Below, one piece after another: positions 34,252 to 39,028 of a stretch of DNA of 39,028 nt. The notes beneath the pieces are model-generated. The model did not search any database and was not told where the DNA came from. It was given only the letters and a program-made list of their open reading frames with translations. Source of the stretch: Massalongia carnosa (Eukaryota); assembly GCA_965645245.1 (NCBI GenBank), contig OZ287068.1, positions 3,596,001-3,635,028 on the forward strand, read 5' to 3'. Positions within the stretch are counted from its first letter, which is position 1. Each line of letters begins with the position of its first letter. The position numbers and the translations under genes were made by a program.

Positions 34252-35968
34252 TCATAAACTTACAGCAGGATTCGGAGGAACATGAGTTATCATGTCATGT
34301 TGCGATCGCAGAATTACTTTCGGATATACAATGTTATCCGTTTTCCAGTCATTTCGTTCCGGAAACAACATACACAATCGAGACACATCCATAACTCGAG
34401 ATAATGCCACATATAACTGACCATGAGTAAAAGGAAGAGCTCGCAAATCGACTCCTATCGTGTCCAATGATTAACCTTGCGACTTGTTGACAGTCATAGC
34501 AAAGCACAATCGTATCGGAAATTGTTTGCGACTTATGATCCAGGGCAACTCGCCTTCCGTGGTATTAAGAAGAATCCGGGGAATTAATCGCGTTTCACCG
34601 TTGAATTCTTATCCCAAAATCTTTCCCTCTAGACAGGTCCGCGAAATGTGAGTAAGACGTAATCGGGTGCCGTTACAGAGACCAAGTTTGGGATACAAAT
34701 TCCGCAAAAAAATGATTCGGGCTCCAAGTTTCAGTTGCAATTGTGAAGTTTGTATAGACGATGTTTGCAAGGGTTGTAAAAACTCGGGAGGAAGAAAGTC
34801 TCCTCGTTCCTGCGCCGTATCGTTCTCTATTTGATCAACGGAGTTCAAGGTGTGCGAACCGCCCTGCAATTTATTCAGTACTGCACCGTTTAACTCCGCG
34901 ACGATATCGTTCCGCAAAGTCAAAATTGCTCGACTTGCGAAAGAATCCGCATCCAGATAAGCTTGCCGCATGCGATCGGAAGGAAAAACGGTGTCCACGA
35001 AACTGTCTAAGTTGTTCAGTTGATTGACTTGTTCCGGTAGCTGAACACGACCGGAAAAAGCAGGATCATAAGGCATTTTCCCGATCCTATCCGCAAACGC
35101 CTCATTGGCGACTTCGTTACGAATTCGCATGATTTGACGCAAAAACAGTTTTTGAAATCGCGGCCACAGAAGGTGTTTTGAATGTTCGCCGCAACGATGG
35201 GTTCCCGATTTCCACGGGGAACAACGGGCAAGATTTGAGCGAAATCTCCGCCTCACACCATCGGAATAACTCCGAAAGGTCGTCAGTACCTAAAAGGTCC
35301 GTAAAAGTGCGATGTACGGCCATGAAGCATTGTTGGTGTTGCATCGGCACCTCATCCCCAATGATTAAGGCTGTGCGTTGCAAAAGACAGTGTAAATGCG
35401 TGTTGCGGGTGATATTACACATGCTGTCCTCATTTAAAATCAAAGGAATTTTCAACCGGGAATGTGAAGTCTGTCCGCTAGGAAGAAGTAAAGCCGCAAT
35501 ACCGGGAGACGCAACGCAAAGAATGATTTTTTTCTCCGCCCGAATATCATTGCAAAGAGTCTAATATAAGAAAGTCTTACCTGTTCCTGCAGGTCCGTGA
35601 ACAAAAAAATGCGCCATTCTAGGATAATCTCTAACTCCCGCAACAATGGTATCAAAACAGTATTTCTGATCCGCATTCAATTGAGTATATCGTTCATTTC
35701 GTAACGTCGTTTCTTCGTTGAAATCGTAAGTCATTTCTGTAACGGTTCGACCATGCGTGGTGCGGACGGCAGGACCTACAGCGAACAAAGCAGGAGTCCC
35801 AGTTATAGTAGAATAGAGCTTGGTCTGCGGACTAAGTATTGTGCCTTTTGGTCGGGAGGACAGGTGGCGCAATGGTAGAAATCTATTTACTTCTCGCTTC
35901 GTCACAATTTCATTTGCGATCAACGGATTTCCAGTACTCCGACCCCAATCGTATGTAAACAGCGGCAT
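34252..35968 (-). pseudogene. Helitron Pif1-family helicase domain (frameshifted)
   Basis: Walker A GPAGTGKT, IIGDEVPMQH, GLCNGTRL, QFPIRLCFAMTVNKSQG and FTHGQLYVALSRV. Confidence 0.92.
35738..35906. mobile_element. Solo LTR, 169 bp, within the Helitron
   Basis: TGT...ACA termini and TSD ATTTC (35733-35737, 35907-35911). Confidence 0.88.
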
Positions 35969-36149
35969 ATTCTAATCCTCTAATCGTTTTCCTAAATCCG
36001 AAAGACCTCCGTTTAACAAATAAAGGCCGTAATCTAAATGCGGACTCATTAAATCGTCAGGAACATCAGTCATTGATCGTAATCGATGCGGTAAATCGTT
36101 ATATATATCATTTGCGTATCGATTCTATAAGGCCGTAGGATCCGTAACA

Positions 36150-37082
36150 CGACGATCATCGGTTGTGGCCGCATTCTCCCGCAAAGCCTCGCTGGCGGAT
36201 TTGTAAAGCTTGATAAAGGGATTCATATTGTGCAACATCTCTGTTAAACGTCGTACAATATCGGGATCCAATTCTGTATGTTGTCGAGTACGAATCGCGG
36301 TTGCTTCGTCGGGATCGTAAAAAACTGTTGAGCAAAGCGAGGAGAATCGTCAACGGGATCCAAAGGACCTTGCAGGTGATACAGTTCTCCGTGATTTTGA
36401 AAACATACCGGTCCACGACCGTTGCGAGGAAGTCGGCGATCGGTTTTGTAGTTTACGGAGGTGAACGTCAACGTGGAATTATATTTTCGGAGGTTTTTGC
36501 GAAATGTGCGGGTTCTAATATCGTCACCAATTAACAGTTGCCGTAATTAATCAGGAGGAGGCTGAAACGGTGGCAACACGACACCACCTCGCTTGCAACA
36601 GGATTTGTATACTCGATCTCGTCTTCTGTCACTCTGAACAGCTTCCGTTCCCAATGCCACGCACCGCAGTTTCTGCAATGATATGTCATGTGTTGAATTC
36701 GTTGTATCGCGGATTCTAAAGTGTACTGACTTTTAAATGCGGCAGGAAAGTTACGATTTGCAGCCGTATGGTCACGGGCTTCAACAGCACGGTCGCGACG
36801 ACGTGTTCGACGATTTTCTCGTGACTCACGATGATTAACAGGTGGAGAAACAGGTCTGGAACTCGCAATGGATGGAGAAATATGTCCGAAACTCGACCTT
36901 ACGAAACCGCGAGCTCGGTTGTGATTGTACTGACCCGCTTCTGCTTCGTTGAGCAGCATTTCTTCCCAAATGTTCGGATTTTCCAACTGCAAATCATTTC
37001 GATTTGGCTGGCTTGCCGAATGGAAAGCCGACGATACGGGAGAAACGGAATTCGTTATTGAACTGTTAGGCGAACTCTGCAA
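36150..37082 (-). pseudogene. Helitron RepHel N-terminus (zinc-finger region)
   Basis: CRNCGAWHW...SCC, YNSTLTFTS, HGELYHLQGPL, PRFAQ and NPFIKLYK, spread over several frames. Confidence 0.82.
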
Positions 37083-37557
37083 AGAAGGAAGAGTGACAGG
37101 AGATACAATCGAACTTCTTAGAGCAGGCGGACGCAGGAAAAGACTAACAGAACGTTTTCGGTGGTCGTAAGATTAGACGAACGCGTTTTGCGGGAGGATT
37201 TTCCGGAGAATTCACTTTATTATGCGGTCTACGGAGAAAATACCATTGTCGTAACGGAATGGGAAGTCGAGAAACGATTGCTCGAGGAGAAGAGCTAGGC
37301 TGCAAAGATATAGCGGTAGTCGTTGCTGTTGTTGCGAAGAGATCAGATAATTGTTAATGCTAAACCCAATTAAGACTACGTTAAACCGAATCGAGGGATT
37401 TCGCAGGTTCATTGAACGGACGGATTTAGCGCAGTTTTCGGGAACATCAAAACATGAAAAACGCGAACAACGACCACCTCTCGCGGCCCACAACGAACGT
37501 AAAAGAACGTAGTTTTCGCGATACGGACTGATATCAACAGGATCAGTTGATCTCCGA

Positions 37558-37700
37558 GGTTAGGGTTAGGGTTAGGGTTAGGGTTAGGGTTAGGGTTAGG
37601 GTTAGGGTTAGGGTTAGGGTTAGGGTTAGGGTTAGGGTTAGGGTTAGGGTTAGGGTTAGGGTTAGGGTTAGGGTTAGGGTTAGGGTTAGGGTTAGGGTTA
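37558..37700 (+). repeat. Telomeric repeat tract GG(TTAGGG)23TTA
   Basis: Perfect hexamer array with the G-rich strand pointing outward, as at a right chromosome end. Confidence 0.97.
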
Positions 37701-37912
37701 TACTCATACTCCCTGCTTGACCATGTTGCGCAGAAAATCGCAGTCGCAGGAGGAGACCCCACCCAAAACCACCTTTACCTCAGGATTTACCTCCCTGATG
37801 GCAGTGGCGGCCTGTTTCACCATGTCCGCAAAGACGTTCCACTGCGGATCCAGGTGAAAATTCCAATGGGAAGATTGTTCGGTTCGTTCCAAATTACAAC
37901 CGCTTCCACCAT
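37701..37912 (-). pseudogene. Bacterial clan GH-A glycoside hydrolase (beta-xylosidase-like) N-terminal fragment
   Basis: MVEAVVIWNEPNNL, a 1-nt frameshift, then HWNFHLDPQW...VKVVLGG. WNEP is the acid/base motif. Truncated at the telomere tract. Confidence 0.7.
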
Positions 37913-38210
37913 GAAGGCAGACTCCAGTGACGCAACTCGATGCAAAGTTAACGGACGGATACCGGACTTCCAGGAGGGGTCGTCTCTCCATCCGCATCCA
38001 CGTGGGTTGGAACTTCAGAAGGCAAGTAGAAGGTAAAGGTTGTATGTGCCTTGACGCAAGTCAGCGCAAGAGCGACGTCCAGACAGGCCATTCTCCGATT
38101 TGCGTGGCAGCCGTCCAGGTTATGCTCACCTCCCAGCCTGACGTAACGCAGAAGCTGCTGATGTTTGGAAGCCTCTCCCCATCATTTGCGCCATGCTGAT
38201 GCAGCTGCGG

Positions 38211-38684
38211 CTAATACTGAAGCTCGAGAGGGAAATAGCTTAGGGTTCCATCTTTCTTCTGGTACTTGAGGAAGAGGCGCTTGTTGCCGTTGATGGTGGA
38301 GGCGACAACGGTGCCCGTCTCGTCGTGCTTGGAGACGTCGACGTGAAAGGTTCTCACCGGGCCGTGCCAGTCGCTGGCCGTGGTCCAATCCTCGGTGAAG
38401 CGAGACAGGGGGTAATCCTGTGATTTGTCGGGGTGCTGCTGCCAGGTCGGGTCGTTCTGCCAGAGGCTGTAGGCGTGGTCAAAGTCTCCGCGCTGAACGG
38501 CTTCGAGGAAGACCTGAACCTTGTGCTCCGCCGGAAGGTTCATAAAGAACCAGCCGTGGCCGGAGATGAAGCCGGCGACCGAGAGCAGGGCGGCGAGCGC
38601 GATGGTCGCGGCAAGGCCGATGAGGATCCTGCGCTTGCGGTTTTCGGTCCCCGCGTTGAACTCCGGGGCATTCAGCAGGGTCAT
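38211..38684 (-). CDS. Bacterial hypothetical membrane-anchored protein, 157 aa (Acidobacteria-like by recollection)
   Basis: Intact GC3-rich ORF with one N-terminal TM helix and a GAGGA Shine-Dalgarno sequence 4 nt upstream of the ATG. Confidence 0.8.
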   Translation of the reverse strand: MTLLNAPEFNAGTENRKRRILIGLAATIALAALLSVAGFISGHGWFFMNLPAEHKVQVFLEAVQRGDFDHAYSLWQNDPTWQQHPDKSQDYPLSRFTEDWTTASDWHGPVRTFHVDVSKHDETGTVVASTINGNKRLFLKYQKKDGTLSYFPLELQY

Positions 38685-38706
38685 GGGTTTTCCTCAATCC
38701 TCCGTA

Positions 38707-39028
38707 TTAGACACCGTACGGGCGCGTTCGGTTGGGCTCGTGCCAAGCGAAGGCGTCTTCAAGACGCTCGCATTCGACGCCGGTAGCGAGCAGATAAACG
38801 GAGACAACGTCGAAGCGAGTGCGAACGCTGTCGCGCAGGTGTTCGTCGAAGCCCCTGAGATAGGCGCGGCCGAGCTTGCGAAGCTGTTCGCGCTTGTCGC
38901 GGTCAACGGAGACCTCGGCAGCCATGGCATCGCGAGCGGTGCGGGTCTTGACCTCGACGAAGCAGAGGACGTTCGCTTGCCAGGCGATGAGGTCGAGATC
39001 GCCTCGAACGCGCACGGAGGACCAACGG
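38707..39028 (-). CDS. yraN: YraN / UPF0102 family PD-(D/E)XK endonuclease-like protein, 5' end outside the window
   Basis: RGDLDLIAW...LCFVEVKTR...RFDVVSV family signature. Confidence 0.88.
   Translation of the reverse strand, partial: RWSSVRVRGDLDLIAWQANVLCFVEVKTRTARDAMAAEVSVDRDKREQLRKLGRAYLRGFDEHLRDSVRTRFDVVSVYLLATGVECERLEDAFAWHEPNRTRPYGV

Larger units (their letters stand above)
33951..37557 (-). mobile_element. Helitron (rolling-circle transposon), internally deleted and non-autonomous
   Basis: RepHel fragments, a 3' end CTCG preceded by a hairpin, insertion at an A|T site without TSD, and a candidate 5' TC at 37557-37556. Confidence 0.88.

Noticed and set aside
34252..35968. Host PIF1 or telomere-linked helicase gene
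   Set aside because: It lies within Helitron termini next to RepHel N-terminal motifs and is frameshifted. Fungal telomere-linked helicases are RecQ type.
37558..37700. Interstitial telomeric repeat from a chromosome fusion
   Set aside because: There is no inverted CCCTAA tract or degeneration, and the distal sequence is bacterial rather than fungal.
37409..37762. Poly-NP repeat protein
   Set aside because: It is the translation of the telomere tract.

Overview
Positions 1-37700 look like a fungal (probably filamentous ascomycete) chromosome end made almost entirely of nested, lightly mutated transposons. They include four Ty3/Gypsy elements or fragments, a Ty1/Copia element lacking RT, a Tad1-like LINE, a Fot1/pogo DNA transposon, about a dozen solo or orphan LTRs (most with readable target-site duplications, TSDs) and a Helitron missing its Rep core. 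Removing insertions by their TSDs gives a five-level nest: LINE < Fot1 < solo LTR < Gypsy < Copia/solo LTRs. One large decayed gene (29950-33717), preceded by 42-bp direct repeats, fits no transposon class I recognise and is the best candidate for an undescribed mobile element. The Helitron's apparent 5' TC end abuts a (TTAGGG)23 telomere tract. Beyond the telomere, 37701-39028 is bacterial DNA (yraN, an Acidobacteria-like membrane protein, a glycoside hydrolase fragment), most likely a chimeric assembly join. Coordinates were counted by hand and no searches were run.
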